Shown here in pieces: positions 18,455 to 29,067 of a stretch of DNA of 64,000 nucleotides (the stretch's first letter is position 1; every line of letters starts with the position of its first letter). The notes under the pieces are model-generated. The model was not told where the DNA came from. It worked only from the letters and a program-made list of their open reading frames with translations, and ran no database searches. Source of the stretch: Candidatus Limosilactobacillus faecipullorum (GTDB lineage: Bacteria > Bacillota > Bacilli > Lactobacillales > Lactobacillaceae); contig DWYX01000018.1 in assembly GCA_019118465.1 (NCBI GenBank), forward strand, positions 6,525-70,524, read 5' to 3'. Made by a program: the position numbers and the translations under genes.

Positions 18455-20884
18455 CTAACGGATTTCAGCATTTAACGTTGCTTGCAAGTAATTAACGACC
18501 TTGTCAAAGGCTGCATTGACCTCTTCTTCCTTCAAAGTCGTATCATCGGCTTGGTAAGTCAAAGTGTAGGCTAATGACTTCTTATTGCCTGGTAGGTGAA
18601 TTCCGTGGTAAACGTCGAAGACCCGGACGTCCTTCAAGAAAGCCCCACCCTTCTTCATGATTGTATCCACAACTTCTTGGTTGGTAATTTCGTTATCAAC
18701 TAAGATGGCAATATCCCGCGTTACAGCAGGGTACTTACTAATGTGGACGTAGTGCTTATCCCGCTTATCAGCGCCGAGAACCGCTTCAAGGTTAAGTTCA
18801 AAGACGTAAGTTTCCGGAATCTTGTATTCCTTAGCAAGGCTTGGATGAACTTGACCAACAAACCCGATAACTTGCCCATCCAAGAGAAGCTTCGCGGTCC
18901 GCCCTGGATGAAGTTCTGGCCGTGTTTTATCAGCAACATATTCAACCTTACCTGCAACTGCCATGTTAGCAAGATAAGTCTCGACAATGCCCTTGATCGT
19001 AAAGAAATCAACTGGGGTAGCCTTGACTGACCAATTTGGCGCCATCATTGAACCCGTAATTGCCCCGGCAACGTGTTCTTCTTCCTTCGGCCGTTCGTTT
19101 CCATCCGGTAAGAAAACCCGCCCTTGTTCATAAAGAGCAACATCTTCAACCTTCCGTGCATGGTTGTAAGCAATATCAAGTAACAAACCACTCACAATAC
19201 TCATCCGCGTAGCCACGTGATCAGAACTCATTGGGTAATCAAGCACCATTGGTTCAATTGGTTGAGGTTCAACTTCAAACCGCTTAGCTTGTTCAACCGT
19301 CGTTAATGAATAAGAAATTGCTTGGGTTAAACCAAGGCCTTCAAGAACATGGCGACTAGCCCGTAGTCGTGCTTGCCGTTCGTTTAAACCACCGGCAGTC
19401 CGCGTCATTGATGGTAAGGTTGAAGGAATTTGGTCGTAGCCGTATAATCGGGCAATTTCTTCATAAAGATCCGCTGGTAATTCAATATCCCAACGCCGGG
19501 CTGGAACATCGACTTCTAGTTGGTCTTCATCAAGCGAACGAACCGGGAAATCGAGCCGCACAAAGATAGCTTCAATCTCGGCCATCGTTAATGACGTCCC
19601 CAAAACATGGTTAACCCGCTTAACTGAAATTGTAATCTTCCGATCTTCTGCAACGGACTTAGCAGCTACGACTTTACCACTAACAACGGTTCCACCAGCT
19701 AATTGGCTTAACCAGTAAGCTGCTTCATCTAAGGCTTGACCAACCGTTTCCGGATTTACGCCCCGTTCAAACCGCATGGAGGATTCAGAGTGCAAATCCA
19801 ACCGCCGGGCTTGCTTCCGCACCATTACTGGGTCAAAGATTGCCGCTTCAAGGGCAATGGCCGTTGTTTGGTCATCAACCATCGTGGATTCGCCACCCAT
19901 GGTACCGGCAAGAGCAACCGCTTGGTCATCACTTGAAATCACAATATCGTGAGCCATTAATTTCCGCGTTTCCCCATCCAGGGTAACTAATTGTTCCCCT
20001 TCCTTGGCGTGACGAACGGCTAATTGATGGCTTGGTAATTTGTTGTAATCAAAAGCGTGCAGTGGTTGACCATATTTGAGCAAAATATAATTAGTAATGT
20101 CAACCACATTATTGATTGGCCGAATTCCAGCATTCCAAAGCTTGATTTGAAGCCACATTGGACTATCAGCAATGTGTAGATTCTTAATTAACCGCATTTC
20201 GTAAGCTGAGACAATTGCAGAATCATCAATTTTAACTGCCAATTGACCTTCAACCTTTTCAGAAGGATCCTCTTCAACTGAGTGGGTTTCAAAGCCATTT
20301 GGCAAATCGTAAATGGCGGCAAGGTCATTCACATTCCCGAAAATACTTAACATATCTCCCCGGTTTGGTGTTAAGTCGGTGTCGATAATGGTGTCGTCCA
20401 TCCCCAAGTATGGGTATACATTATCCCCAAGTTTGGCATCATCAGGCAAGAACCAAATTCCTGCTTCATATGCCTTAGGCGCAACCTTTTCGGTAAAGCC
20501 GATTTCTTGTAAGGCACAAAGCATCCCGTTTGATTCAACGCCGCGAATCTTGCCCCGCTTAATCTTAACATTATCCTTAATCCGAGCCCCTACTAAGGCA
20601 ACAATGACCTTTTTACCCGTTTGAACATTTGGCGCCCCACAAACAATTTGCAAGGTTTCGTCATCACTGACCTTAACTTGGCAAACATTGAGGTGATCGG
20701 AATCTGGGTGGGGTTCAAAGGAAACGATTTCCCCGACAACAAGCTTCTTAAGGCCGTCCATTGGTGAATAAACGTCATTAATATCAACCGAAGTCCGGGC
20801 TAGCTTTTCGGCCAAGTCCGCCGGTTTAATATGTTTTTCTTGCAGCGGCAAGTATTGATTTAACCATTGGTATGATACTTTCAT
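18455..20884 (-). CDS. pheT: phenylalanyl-tRNA synthetase beta subunit
   Basis: TPNRGD, RFERG, EEIARLYGY and RDIA motifs. Confidence 0.97.
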   Translation of the reverse strand: MKVSYQWLNQYLPLQEKHIKPADLAEKLARTSVDINDVYSPMDGLKKLVVGEIVSFEPHPDSDHLNVCQVKVSDDETLQIVCGAPNVQTGKKVIVALVGARIKDNVKIKRGKIRGVESNGMLCALQEIGFTEKVAPKAYEAGIWFLPDDAKLGDNVYPYLGMDDTIIDTDLTPNRGDMLSIFGNVNDLAAIYDLPNGFETHSVEEDPSEKVEGQLAVKIDDSAIVSAYEMRLIKNLHIADSPMWLQIKLWNAGIRPINNVVDITNYILLKYGQPLHAFDYNKLPSHQLAVRHAKEGEQLVTLDGETRKLMAHDIVISSDDQAVALAGTMGGESTMVDDQTTAIALEAAIFDPVMVRKQARRLDLHSESSMRFERGVNPETVGQALDEAAYWLSQLAGGTVVSGKVVAAKSVAEDRKITISVKRVNHVLGTSLTMAEIEAIFVRLDFPVRSLDEDQLEVDVPARRWDIELPADLYEEIARLYGYDQIPSTLPSMTRTAGGLNERQARLRASRHVLEGLGLTQAISYSLTTVEQAKRFEVEPQPIEPMVLDYPMSSDHVATRMSIVSGLLLDIAYNHARKVEDVALYEQGRVFLPDGNERPKEEEHVAGAITGSMMAPNWSVKATPVDFFTIKGIVETYLANMAVAGKVEYVADKTRPELHPGRTAKLLLDGQVIGFVGQVHPSLAKEYKIPETYVFELNLEAVLGADKRDKHYVHISKYPAVTRDIAILVDNEITNQEVVDTIMKKGGAFLKDVRVFDVYHGIHLPGNKKSLAYTLTYQADDTTLKEEEVNAAFDKVVNYLQATLNAEIR

Positions 20885-20888
20885 TTCG

Positions 20889-21935
20889 TTATCCTTTCTG
20901 GTTGAATTGGTTCAAGAAACGGACATCATTTTGGTAGAAGTCCCGAATATCTTCAACCCCGTACTTAATCATCGCAAACCGGTCTGGCCCAAGCCCAAAG
21001 GCAAAACCTCCGTATACATCTGGATCAACCCCAGACATCTTAAGAACGTTCGGGTGAACCATCCCTGCCCCGAGGACTTCAAGCCACCCAGTATGCTTGC
21101 AAATGGCACACCCTTTTCCGAGGCAGCTGAAACAAGTAATATCAGCTTCAACTGACGGTTCCGTAAATGGGAAGTAACTTGGCCGCAAGCGAACTTCCAA
21201 TTGATCGCCAAAGAGGGTCTTAGCAACCACTTCCAAAGTTCCCTTCAAGTCAGCCATTGTAATGTGTTCTCCCAAAACGAGTCCTTCAACTTGGTGGAAT
21301 TGATGGGAGTGCGTAGCATCATCAGTATCCCGCCGGTAAACCTTCCCTGGGGAAATCATCTTCAAAGGTCCCTTTGAAAAATCATGTTTTTCCATCATCC
21401 GGGCCTGCATTGGTGAAGTTTGCGTCCGCATCAACACAGAAGGGGTAACATAAAAAGTATCTTGCATATCCCGTGCTGGGTGGTCCTTTGGTAGGTTCAA
21501 ACGTTCAAAGTTGTATTCTTCTTGTTCAACTTCATCCCCAACGGCAACTTCATAACCCATCCCAACAAACAGGTCAACCAATTGGTCAATAATTTGTTGA
21601 ATCACGTGGGGTTGTCCTTGAACAGTTGGCTTCCCTGGTAGGGTAACATCAATCGTTTCTTCTGCTAACTTTTCGTTTAGTCGAGCTGCGGTTAATTCAG
21701 CCTTCTTATCTTCGATTGCCTTCGTCAATTCATCACGAATTTCGTTGGCGAACTTCCCTACCTTTGGCCTTTCTTCTTTGCTAAGGTCCTTCATCCCCCG
21801 TAAAACGGCAGTCAGCGGTCCTTTCTTTCCAAGCATCTTAACCCGAATATCATTAACTTTATTTAGATCTTCGGTCTTGTTAATTTCTTGGATCCCTTGT
21901 TGGCGTAATTCTTCCAACTTTTCTCTTAAGCCCAT
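20889..21935 (-). CDS. pheS: phenylalanyl-tRNA synthetase alpha subunit
   Basis: [22 protein letters not shown] and GFAFGLG motifs. Confidence 0.98.
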   Translation of the reverse strand: MGLREKLEELRQQGIQEINKTEDLNKVNDIRVKMLGKKGPLTAVLRGMKDLSKEERPKVGKFANEIRDELTKAIEDKKAELTAARLNEKLAEETIDVTLPGKPTVQGQPHVIQQIIDQLVDLFVGMGYEVAVGDEVEQEEYNFERLNLPKDHPARDMQDTFYVTPSVLMRTQTSPMQARMMEKHDFSKGPLKMISPGKVYRRDTDDATHSHQFHQVEGLVLGEHITMADLKGTLEVVAKTLFGDQLEVRLRPSYFPFTEPSVEADITCFSCLGKGCAICKHTGWLEVLGAGMVHPNVLKMSGVDPDVYGGFAFGLGPDRFAMIKYGVEDIRDFYQNDVRFLNQFNQKG

Positions 21936-21952
21936 AATTTCCTCCTTTTAGG

Positions 21953-22165
21953 GTAGAAAAAAACCCCGTCCGGCAAGGGACGAGGTTTCGCGGTACCACC
22001 CTAGTTTATAGCGATGCTATACACTCAATGATTGATAACGGTAATCAACCGAGGATGATCCCGACTCCAGAAATGAAATTCACTTCGCAAGCGGAACTTC
22101 ACTTTCAGTCAATGGTGAAGTTTCCCTAGGCGGCCGTAGAAGTTACTAGTTTCCTTCAACGTCTT
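21953..22165 (-). ncRNA. T-box riboswitch (Phe)
   Basis: GGGTGGTACCGCG at 21989-22001; terminator with U-tract; GAA-T-TTC specifier at 22075-22077. Confidence 0.9.
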
Positions 22166-22184
22166 TAATTTACTGGTCAATATT

Positions 22185-22550
22185 CTAACTAATCTTTTCC
22201 ATTTGGTCAAGTGCTTCATCGCGCCATTTATCAGACCAATTATGAACCGCGGTCATTACCGGTGCTAATTCTTTTCCCCGTTGGGTTAGGGCATATTCAA
22301 TCCGGCTTTCACCTTTGTATGTCCGCCGTTCAACAATCCCTTCTTGTTCCAATTCCTTTAAGCGTTCACAAAGCACCCGATCTGAGCACTTCTGAATGTG
22401 ACCGGCTAAGTCCTTAAAACGTTGGGTTTCTTCGTGAAGTAGAACTTCAATAATCATCCCGTTCCACTTTTTTCCTAAAATCGAAAAAGTCTTTGCAAAC
22501 TTTGGACAGAGACTAAAATCATCTTCAGTGGTATTAACAGCCTTTAACAT
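22185..22550 (-). CDS. HxlR-family winged-helix regulator
   Basis: CP..F.ILGKKW, L.ERLKELE..GIV.R and YALT..G motifs. Confidence 0.9.
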   Translation of the reverse strand: MLKAVNTTEDDFSLCPKFAKTFSILGKKWNGMIIEVLLHEETQRFKDLAGHIQKCSDRVLCERLKELEQEGIVERRTYKGESRIEYALTQRGKELAPVMTAVHNWSDKWRDEALDQMEKIS

Positions 22551-22572
22551 TTTCCGCTCCTCCCGATTTTGA

Positions 22573-23079
22573 TTAATTTACTTTTGCTGGGCGATATTTT
22601 TTCATCCGTTGGTGAATTTTCTTCTTTAGCGGGCTGAAAAATTCTTGTTCCGCCTCATAATCATCAACTAAAGAAACAATCAGACTTTCAGCATACTTTG
22701 GAACTGCCAAAGTAGCCCCAAACATGTGCTTTAAAATGATATCCTTTTCCTTTGAATTAAGCCGCGTCAGCTTTTCAGCATTTCGCAATGCCACCCGTGG
22801 GTGAATAAAAGCATGGGTGCCTAAATCAAACTTTGTCGTGCGCCAATCATAATAAAACAGGTCGTGCAACAATCCTGCGCGAGCTGTACTAACGTAATCT
22901 AAGTGAAGTCTCTTGGCGATTCGGTAGCTATCATAAGATACCGCAATCGAATGTTGCAAGCGATCGGAGTGGTGATGTTGCGTATATTCAGCTAACTTTT
23001 GAACTGCTGGTTGCCGAAGCAAATCAGCAACAATGGCCACATATTCCTTATCGTTGCGCCATTCATTCCTTGCTTTCAT
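22573..23079 (-). CDS. HD-domain phosphohydrolase
   Basis: QHHH..RLQHS, GLLHDLFYYDW and KHMF motifs. Confidence 0.88.
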   Translation of the reverse strand: MKARNEWRNDKEYVAIVADLLRQPAVQKLAEYTQHHHSDRLQHSIAVSYDSYRIAKRLHLDYVSTARAGLLHDLFYYDWRTTKFDLGTHAFIHPRVALRNAEKLTRLNSKEKDIILKHMFGATLAVPKYAESLIVSLVDDYEAEQEFFSPLKKKIHQRMKKYRPAKVN

Positions 23080-23178
23080 GCACTAGACTGCCCCTTTTCT
23101 ATTTAATTATCACTTATTCTACACGATTTAAAGAAAAAAGGAAAACCAGATTGCTTATTTTTAGTTAGTCTTAATCTT

Positions 23179-23964
23179 TTACTCGCTCAGCGCTTGTTGA
23201 TTTAATTCAAACATTAAGATCCCGGCTGAAACCGCAACGTTAAGGGATTCGGCTTCTCCCTTCATCGGGATATACAAGTTGGCAGTTGTTTGAGCTAACA
23301 ATTCTTCAGCCATTCCATGACCTTCATTTCCCATAATTAAAGCAAAATCGTGCCCCGGCTTAACCGTCCGAAAACTCTTGGCTTCTGGATTTAATTGGGT
23401 ACCATAAACTGGCATTTTTTGGGCTTTAAAATCTTGAATCCATTTGGTTAAATCACCAGTATAAAGCTTTAAATGAAATTGACTCCCCTGCATAGAACGG
23501 ACCACTTTTGGATTAAAGAGGTCTGCCGATTTGTGACTGACAACCACGCCGGCAAAGCCAGCTGCATCAGCTGTCCGGACCATCGTTCCAACATTTCCAG
23601 GATCTTGAACCCGGTCTAACATTAGCCAAGCTCCCTTTAGATCAACTTGACCGTTAAAACGTTGGTCGGGAAGTGCCGCAACTGCAGCAATCCCCTGGGG
23701 CGTCACCGTATCCATTACGTGTTTTAGGATGGCTGGAGTGACCTCATAGACTTGATCAAACCGTGCTACAATATCTTCATGAGTAGCTAGTTCTTCAGCC
23801 GTTCCAATCAGTTCAGTTAAATGGACATTGCTTTTTAATGCTTCTTCAACTAAGTGCCAACCATCTAGTAAGTAAGCATTAAATTTTTCTCGGCCCCGCT
23901 TAGTGGCTAATTTTTTCCAATCTTTAACATGTTGATTTTTAATTGATGTTAGTTGTTCGCGCAT
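23179..23964 (-). CDS. TrmH/SpoU-family RNA methyltransferase
   Basis: QDPGNVG..RTA, GNEG and AESLNVAV motifs. Confidence 0.93.
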   Translation of the reverse strand: MREQLTSIKNQHVKDWKKLATKRGREKFNAYLLDGWHLVEEALKSNVHLTELIGTAEELATHEDIVARFDQVYEVTPAILKHVMDTVTPQGIAAVAALPDQRFNGQVDLKGAWLMLDRVQDPGNVGTMVRTADAAGFAGVVVSHKSADLFNPKVVRSMQGSQFHLKLYTGDLTKWIQDFKAQKMPVYGTQLNPEAKSFRTVKPGHDFALIMGNEGHGMAEELLAQTTANLYIPMKGEAESLNVAVSAGILMFELNQQALSE

Positions 23965-24014
23965 ATTATCACCTCAAGGCACATATTATACCATCTTTCC
24001 GAGGAGGATTTTTG

Positions 24015-24287
24015 ATGTTAAATTACTTAATTTTAGTATCTGGTCGGGTTCAAGGGGTTGGCTTTCGTTATTTTACTTGGCAACTCGCTAAAGAAGCAGG
24101 GGTGACCGGGACGGTGAGAAATCTTGATGATGGCCGAGTTGAAATCGTTGCTCAAGGGCCAGCAAAGATACTGCGCCAATTTCTCCTTGCTGTTAAGGCT
24201 GGACCGAGTCCATATGCCAAGGTTACTAAGGTTCAAGTGAAGGAACAAAATTTGGCTGACTTTACCAGTTTTGAAATTACGAATTAG
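24015..24287 (+). CDS. acyP: acylphosphatase
   Basis: GRVQGVGFR and G.VRN..DG.VE motifs; GGAGG RBS before ATG 24015. Confidence 0.92.
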   Translation: MLNYLILVSGRVQGVGFRYFTWQLAKEAGVTGTVRNLDDGRVEIVAQGPAKILRQFLLAVKAGPSPYAKVTKVQVKEQNLADFTSFEITN

Positions 24288-24356
24288 CGTTCTGAGTGGT
24301 ATTTTAGGTCAAAATCGAGTATCATTATTTTTTGATGACACAAAATAAGATAAAGG

Positions 24357-25301
24357 ATGAAAAAGTCGATGAAAAAATTAAAGCGCGGCGGGATTCTATT
24401 ATCCCTTGCTAGCTTGTTAGTTTTACTGTCTGGTTGTGTGCGGGTAAAAAACGGTAAGCCCTACGGGATGATCTATGATTACCTTGCAAAACCAATGCAA
24501 CACTTTATGGAATTTATTGCTCAATACATGGGTGGAAGTTACGGTTGGTCAATCGTCGTGATCGTGATCATTGTCCGGATAATCTTATTACCAGTCATGA
24601 TGAACCAAATGGAGAAGTCAACTTTGATGCAAGAGCGGATGGCAATGGTTCAACCACAAATGCGGGCCCTACAAGAACGCCAAAAGAAGGCTAAGACCCA
24701 AGAAGAACAAGCCGCTATTGCTCAAGAAATGATGTCTTTTTATAAGGATAACAACATTTCTATGACCGGGGGAATTGGTTGTTTACCATTGCTAATTCAA
24801 TTACCGATTTTCACGGCTCTGTATAACGCAATTCGGTATTCACCGGAACTTTCCAGTTCAACTTTTATGGGCATTCCGCTCGGGAAGCCAAGCATCATTT
24901 TAGCAGTTCTTTCCTTCTTAGCCTACTTAGTACAATCCTGGGTTTCGATGCTTGGGGTGGCCGAAGAACAAAAGAAGCAAATGCGGACAATGATGTTAAT
25001 GAGCCCGATTATGATTGGGGGAATTTGCTTAACTTCCTCCGCTGGGCTCGGTGTCTACTTCTTTATTGGTGGTCTCTTTGCAATTTTGCAAACCCTCTTA
25101 ATCAATGCTTACCGGCCTCGCTTACGGAAGCAAATTAAGCTTGAAATGGCTAACAAACCAAAGAAGCCAGCTAAACCAATCGTTGAAGCAAAGCCAGTTG
25201 CTGAAAAGCCAACGGCTACCATTGAAGCCCTAAAGCAAACCAAGCCATCGGAAAACCAGCAACCACGGAATGCTGGTAAACAGCAACATCATAAGTCATA
25301 A
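24357..25301 (+). CDS. yidC: membrane protein insertase YidC/OxaA (lipoprotein)
   Basis: LSGC lipobox; RIILLP and GCLPLLIQLP motifs. Confidence 0.93.
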   Translation: MKKSMKKLKRGGILLSLASLLVLLSGCVRVKNGKPYGMIYDYLAKPMQHFMEFIAQYMGGSYGWSIVVIVIIVRIILLPVMMNQMEKSTLMQERMAMVQPQMRALQERQKKAKTQEEQAAIAQEMMSFYKDNNISMTGGIGCLPLLIQLPIFTALYNAIRYSPELSSSTFMGIPLGKPSIILAVLSFLAYLVQSWVSMLGVAEEQKKQMRTMMLMSPIMIGGICLTSSAGLGVYFFIGGLFAILQTLLINAYRPRLRKQIKLEMANKPKKPAKPIVEAKPVAEKPTATIEALKQTKPSENQQPRNAGKQQHHKS

Positions 25302-25320
25302 AGTTTATCGTATTAAACTC

Positions 25321-25363
25321 AAAAGGAGCTGAGAAGAAACCACATTTCTTTTCAGCCCCTTTT
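25321..25363 (+). terminator. intrinsic terminator (REP-like family hairpin)
   Basis: GCTGAGAAGAAA-loop-TTTCTTTTCAGC followed by T-tract. Confidence 0.7.
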
Positions 25364-25384
25364 ATTTCAACCGGAGGAATAACG

Positions 25385-25795
25385 ATGATTAAATCAATTA
25401 ATAAAGATCTTCAAAGCTTAAAGGTTAAAAGCCAGCCAGCTAATTTGAATGATATTCAAGTGGCAAAAGACCTCCTCGATACTTTAACAGCTCATCAAGC
25501 TGACTGCGTCGGGTTGGCCGCAAACATGATTGGGATTCATAAACGAATCATTGCCGTTTCCCTGGGCCCGGTCAATATTGCGATGTTAAATCCTGAAATT
25601 ACTAAAAAAAGTCACCTCTATCAAACTAACGAGGGTTGCTTAAGCTTATCGGGTACCCGGCTAACTAACCGCTACCAACAAATTACAGTTCGCTATCTTG
25701 ATCTGAACGGTAAGCCCCAAAGCTTAAACCTAACTGATTTTGCTGCCGAGATTGTCCAACACGAAATCGACCACTGTAACGGGGTTATTATTTAA
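25385..25795 (+). CDS. def: short peptide deformylase
   Basis: GLAANMIG, EGCLS and HEIDH motifs. Confidence 0.85.
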   Translation: MIKSINKDLQSLKVKSQPANLNDIQVAKDLLDTLTAHQADCVGLAANMIGIHKRIIAVSLGPVNIAMLNPEITKKSHLYQTNEGCLSLSGTRLTNRYQQITVRYLDLNGKPQSLNLTDFAAEIVQHEIDHCNGVII

Positions 25796-25800
25796 ACCAG

Positions 25801-25850
25801 AAAAAGCGAGTAAGGAAAGTTAAGAATTTCTCTCTTTCCCACTCGCTTTT
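25801..25850. terminator. bidirectional terminator
   Basis: AAAAGCGAGT...ACTCGCTTTT between convergent genes. Confidence 0.7.
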
Positions 25851-27369
25851 ATTTTTCACGTTTGTGGTCTTTTTCCGGGTTCGTACTCTCGGTGTCAATG
25901 ATTGGCAACGTTAACCGGAATAAAGATCCAGAACCAAGTTGACTTTCAACGGTAATGGTACCATGATAGCCTTCGATTAACCGTTTAGCAATTGCCAGGC
26001 CAAGGCCGTTACCCCCTTTTTTTCGGCTCCGGGCCTTGTCAACCCGGTAGAAACGGTCAAACACTTTTGATAATTCTTCGGGTGAAATACCTTCCCCAAA
26101 ATCTTGGACCCCAATTTCGACTGCCCGAAGATTCCGAGACAAGGAAAGATGAATTTTCTTTCTCTCACCAGAATACTTCACGGCATTATCACAAAGGATA
26201 ATCAGAATCTGTTCGAGGTGATCCCGGTAAATTCTAACAACTTCATCATGCCGTAAATCGTCATCTAACATAAACTCAAAGTCGGGGTGAATCATCTTAA
26301 AATTGTTGTAAACTTGATGAACCACATCCCGCACTGGCGTTGTTGCGTCCCGGAAGTTAAGTTCAACCTGTTCAGCCCGCGAAAGGTCGAGCATTTCTTG
26401 AACTAAACTATTCATCCGGTTAGTTTCTGCAATCACAGCTGGAATTGATTCTTCTAAGACTTGTGGATCATCTTTTCCCCACCGTTGTAACATTTGCATG
26501 TGGCCCTGGATAATTGCTACCGGAGTCCGTAATTCATGGGACACATCCCCCACGAACTGTGATTGTTGATCAATGTAGCGCTGCATTCGGTCCAACATTG
26601 AATTAAAAATTTGACTTAATTCTGCTAACTCATCATTGCGATTAAGTTCGGGAACCCGCTGATTCTTAGTCGGATCATCCCGAATTGCAACAATTGTCGA
26701 CTGAATATCATCAAGAGGCCGCAAAATCAAGTAGGATAAGCCGTAACCTAACAAACCACTTGCAATTACAACCAAAGTAAGGGCTAACGTACTAATCAAC
26801 AGTAAGCGATTATACCTTTGATAATAGTTATTAAGGTGATTTTCAATCTGTAAATAACCAACGACCCTTTTCGTTGCTTGACTGTAAATTGGTGACCGTC
26901 CAAGCAAGATCTTGTGCTTTTTTCCGGAAACTAGCTGAATCTTACTAGTCTTAACCTTGGCTGGTGCCCGGTAAAGGGTCCCAGTAGAAAAAACTAAGTG
27001 ATCTTGACGATTATAGATAGCAACTTCGGTCCGCGGATTAATAATTTCTTGAATAATTGGTCCTTGATAACTCCTTCGCGCTTGGTTTACTGTTTGAGAC
27101 TCAATTCGTTTCTGAAGAAGGTGATCAATCTGTTGAGTAGTAATGTTATTACTACGGGTTGTTGAACCAAGTTGGTGACTAATGGTAACTAAACTGCCAT
27201 TTAAACTTTGGCGCTCTTGATTTAACAAGTCCCGGGTAAAACTACTAAATAAAGCGGTGATTACGATCAACGAAATCAACAAAGAACCAATTGCCGTACC
27301 AAGCGCCCACTTAATTTTAAGCGAAACAAATCTTGGCTTTGCCTGCTCTTTTTCCATATGATGCCCCAC
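25849..27369 (-). CDS. HAMP sensor histidine kinase (ArlS-like)
   Basis: SHELRTP, DNAVKYS, DFGEG, FYRVD and GNGLGL motifs; two TM segments. Confidence 0.95.
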   Translation of the reverse strand: MGHHMEKEQAKPRFVSLKIKWALGTAIGSLLISLIVITALFSSFTRDLLNQERQSLNGSLVTISHQLGSTTRSNNITTQQIDHLLQKRIESQTVNQARRSYQGPIIQEIINPRTEVAIYNRQDHLVFSTGTLYRAPAKVKTSKIQLVSGKKHKILLGRSPIYSQATKRVVGYLQIENHLNNYYQRYNRLLLISTLALTLVVIASGLLGYGLSYLILRPLDDIQSTIVAIRDDPTKNQRVPELNRNDELAELSQIFNSMLDRMQRYIDQQSQFVGDVSHELRTPVAIIQGHMQMLQRWGKDDPQVLEESIPAVIAETNRMNSLVQEMLDLSRAEQVELNFRDATTPVRDVVHQVYNNFKMIHPDFEFMLDDDLRHDEVVRIYRDHLEQILIILCDNAVKYSGERKKIHLSLSRNLRAVEIGVQDFGEGISPEELSKVFDRFYRVDKARSRKKGGNGLGLAIAKRLIEGYHGTITVESQLGSGSLFRLTLPIIDTESTNPEKDHKREK

Positions 27370-28056
27370 TTACGAGCGAATTACATAACCAGTTCCCCGA
27401 ACCGTTTGGATATAACTCTTTTCACCAGGGCGGTCAATCTTGTTTCTTAGATACCGAACATAGACGTCAACCACATTAGTTTCAACCTTTGCGTCATAGC
27501 CCCAAACCTTACTCAAAAGTTCCTTCCGGGACATAACAACGTTAATATTTTCCATCAAAATTAACAATAATTCGTATTCACGCTTAGTAAGGTTAATAAC
27601 TTCGTCGCCCCGCCGAACAACTCGGTTTTCCTTTTCAATCGTCAGATCTTTGTAATTAACCGTCGTTTGGTGGCCATTATTGGCACCGCCCTCAATGCTA
27701 ATCCGCCGTAATAAGGCCCGTACCCGAGCTAACAATTCTTCAATTGCAAATGGCTTAACAATGTAATCATCAGCCCCATGATCCAGCCCAGAAACCCGAT
27801 CGATAACTGAATCCCGAGCCGTCATAATGATAATTGGCGTATCCTTGACTTCACGCACCCGCCGGGCTACTTCAATCCCATTTAATTCAGGAAGCATTAA
27901 GTCCAACAGGATAACATCAAAGTCTTGATTTAAAGCTGCCTCAAGCCCTGTCCGCCCATCCAATTCAACATCGATTTCATAACCATCATGCTTTAATTCT
28001 AGTTCAACAAACCGGGCAAGGTTTTCTTCATCTTCAATAATCAAAATCCGACTCAT
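27370..28056 (-). CDS. OmpR-family response regulator (ArlR-like)
   Basis: LLDLMLP, GADDYIVKPF and TVRGTGY motifs. Confidence 0.95.
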   Translation of the reverse strand: MSRILIIEDEENLARFVELELKHDGYEIDVELDGRTGLEAALNQDFDVILLDLMLPELNGIEVARRVREVKDTPIIIMTARDSVIDRVSGLDHGADDYIVKPFAIEELLARVRALLRRISIEGGANNGHQTTVNYKDLTIEKENRVVRRGDEVINLTKREYELLLILMENINVVMSRKELLSKVWGYDAKVETNVVDVYVRYLRNKIDRPGEKSYIQTVRGTGYVIRS

Positions 28057-28169
28057 TTTTTCACCCTCACAAATCTAATAATTTTTGGCAATTCTACAAT
28101 CATTCTATCATAAGTTATTAATTTTCCCTAGCAGTTGTCGAGAGATTCTTAATATTGGTTTAATGACAT

Positions 28170-28213
28170 AAAAAAAGACCCTCTTAGGTCCGGCGCCTAA
28201 AGAGGGTCTTTTT
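28170..28213 (-). terminator. terminator after rpmF
   Basis: AAAAAGACCCTCTTAGG/CCTAAAGAGGGTCTTTTT. Confidence 0.8.
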
Positions 28214-28225
28214 GGTAATTGGGGT

Positions 28226-28405
28226 TTAGTTGTTGGCATTAACAACTTGTTCACCATCGTAGTAACCACATGATGGACAAACCATGTGTGACTTACGAAG
28301 TTCACCGCAGTTTGGACATGGTGCCAAACCAGGAACAGTCAACTTGATGTGACCCCGACGGTTGCGCTTCCGCGTCTTTGACGTCTTCCGTGCTGGTACA
28401 GCCAT
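28226..28405 (-). CDS. rpmF: 50S ribosomal protein L32, 59 aa
   Basis: Translated by hand: [19 protein letters not shown]...CPNCG...[10 protein letters not shown]; GGAGG RBS. Confidence 0.97.
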   Translation of the reverse strand: MAVPARKTSKTRKRNRRGHIKLTVPGLAPCPNCGELRKSHMVCPSCGYYDGEQVVNANN

Positions 28406-28460
28406 GCTTTACACCTCCTCAGTTTATAATATTATCCACAATTGGTTTTTTAACCGTTCG

Positions 28461-29015
28461 CTAATCTTCTTTGTCCTGATCAGGAAATAATTCTTTTAAC
28501 TTAGCGAGCCGTGGATCAACAGTGTTTATCGTCTCCTGATCGGTGGCCCCTTCTTCTTTCACGTCCCAACCTTTTCCGTTAGGCATCGAGGTCCCAGCCT
28601 GTTCCTCAGGAGTTAATACCCGACTTGGAATTTGTTCAATGATGTTTTCCATCACGGCTTCGTCAAACTTAATCGGCGTTTGGCTATCCGCAAGTACAAA
28701 TACCAAATCATTTTCGGTATCATACCGGTCAAGGTGATCTCGGTCACTAGTATATGATTCAGTGAACGAAAAAGCTAACCTTAGCTCAACCGGTAATAAT
28801 GATCGTGTCGAAGGAACCGTTACCGTGGTCTTTATTTGCATCGCAATGGTAGCATCCCCACGATCGTAAGTCACGAACCCATCAACTTCAACCGGACTAA
28901 CTGCCAAGATTTGTTGTGGAAATCGCTCCTTCATTGCATTACTTAAATCAAGAGTTCGCTGAAGGTGCATTGATTCATCTTCAAAACGACGAAGTTCACT
29001 TAATGTCCATTCCAT
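28461..29015 (-). CDS. YceD/DUF177 family protein
   Basis: PSTRSL.PV and DPRLAKL motifs; directly upstream of rpmF. Confidence 0.88.
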   Translation of the reverse strand: MEWTLSELRRFEDESMHLQRTLDLSNAMKERFPQQILAVSPVEVDGFVTYDRGDATIAMQIKTTVTVPSTRSLLPVELRLAFSFTESYTSDRDHLDRYDTENDLVFVLADSQTPIKFDEAVMENIIEQIPSRVLTPEEQAGTSMPNGKGWDVKEEGATDQETINTVDPRLAKLKELFPDQDKED

Positions 29016-29067
29016 CTTTTTCCTCCTAATGCAACGCGTTTAATTATACCCGGCGTCGCAATTGATG

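Noticed and set aside
25385-25795. Short peptide deformylase as a pseudogene
   Set aside because: All three motifs are present with an RBS; short paralogues of this type occur in Bacillota
28108-28305. 65-aa minus-strand ORF
   Set aside because: It is an alternative frame of rpmF that runs through its terminator
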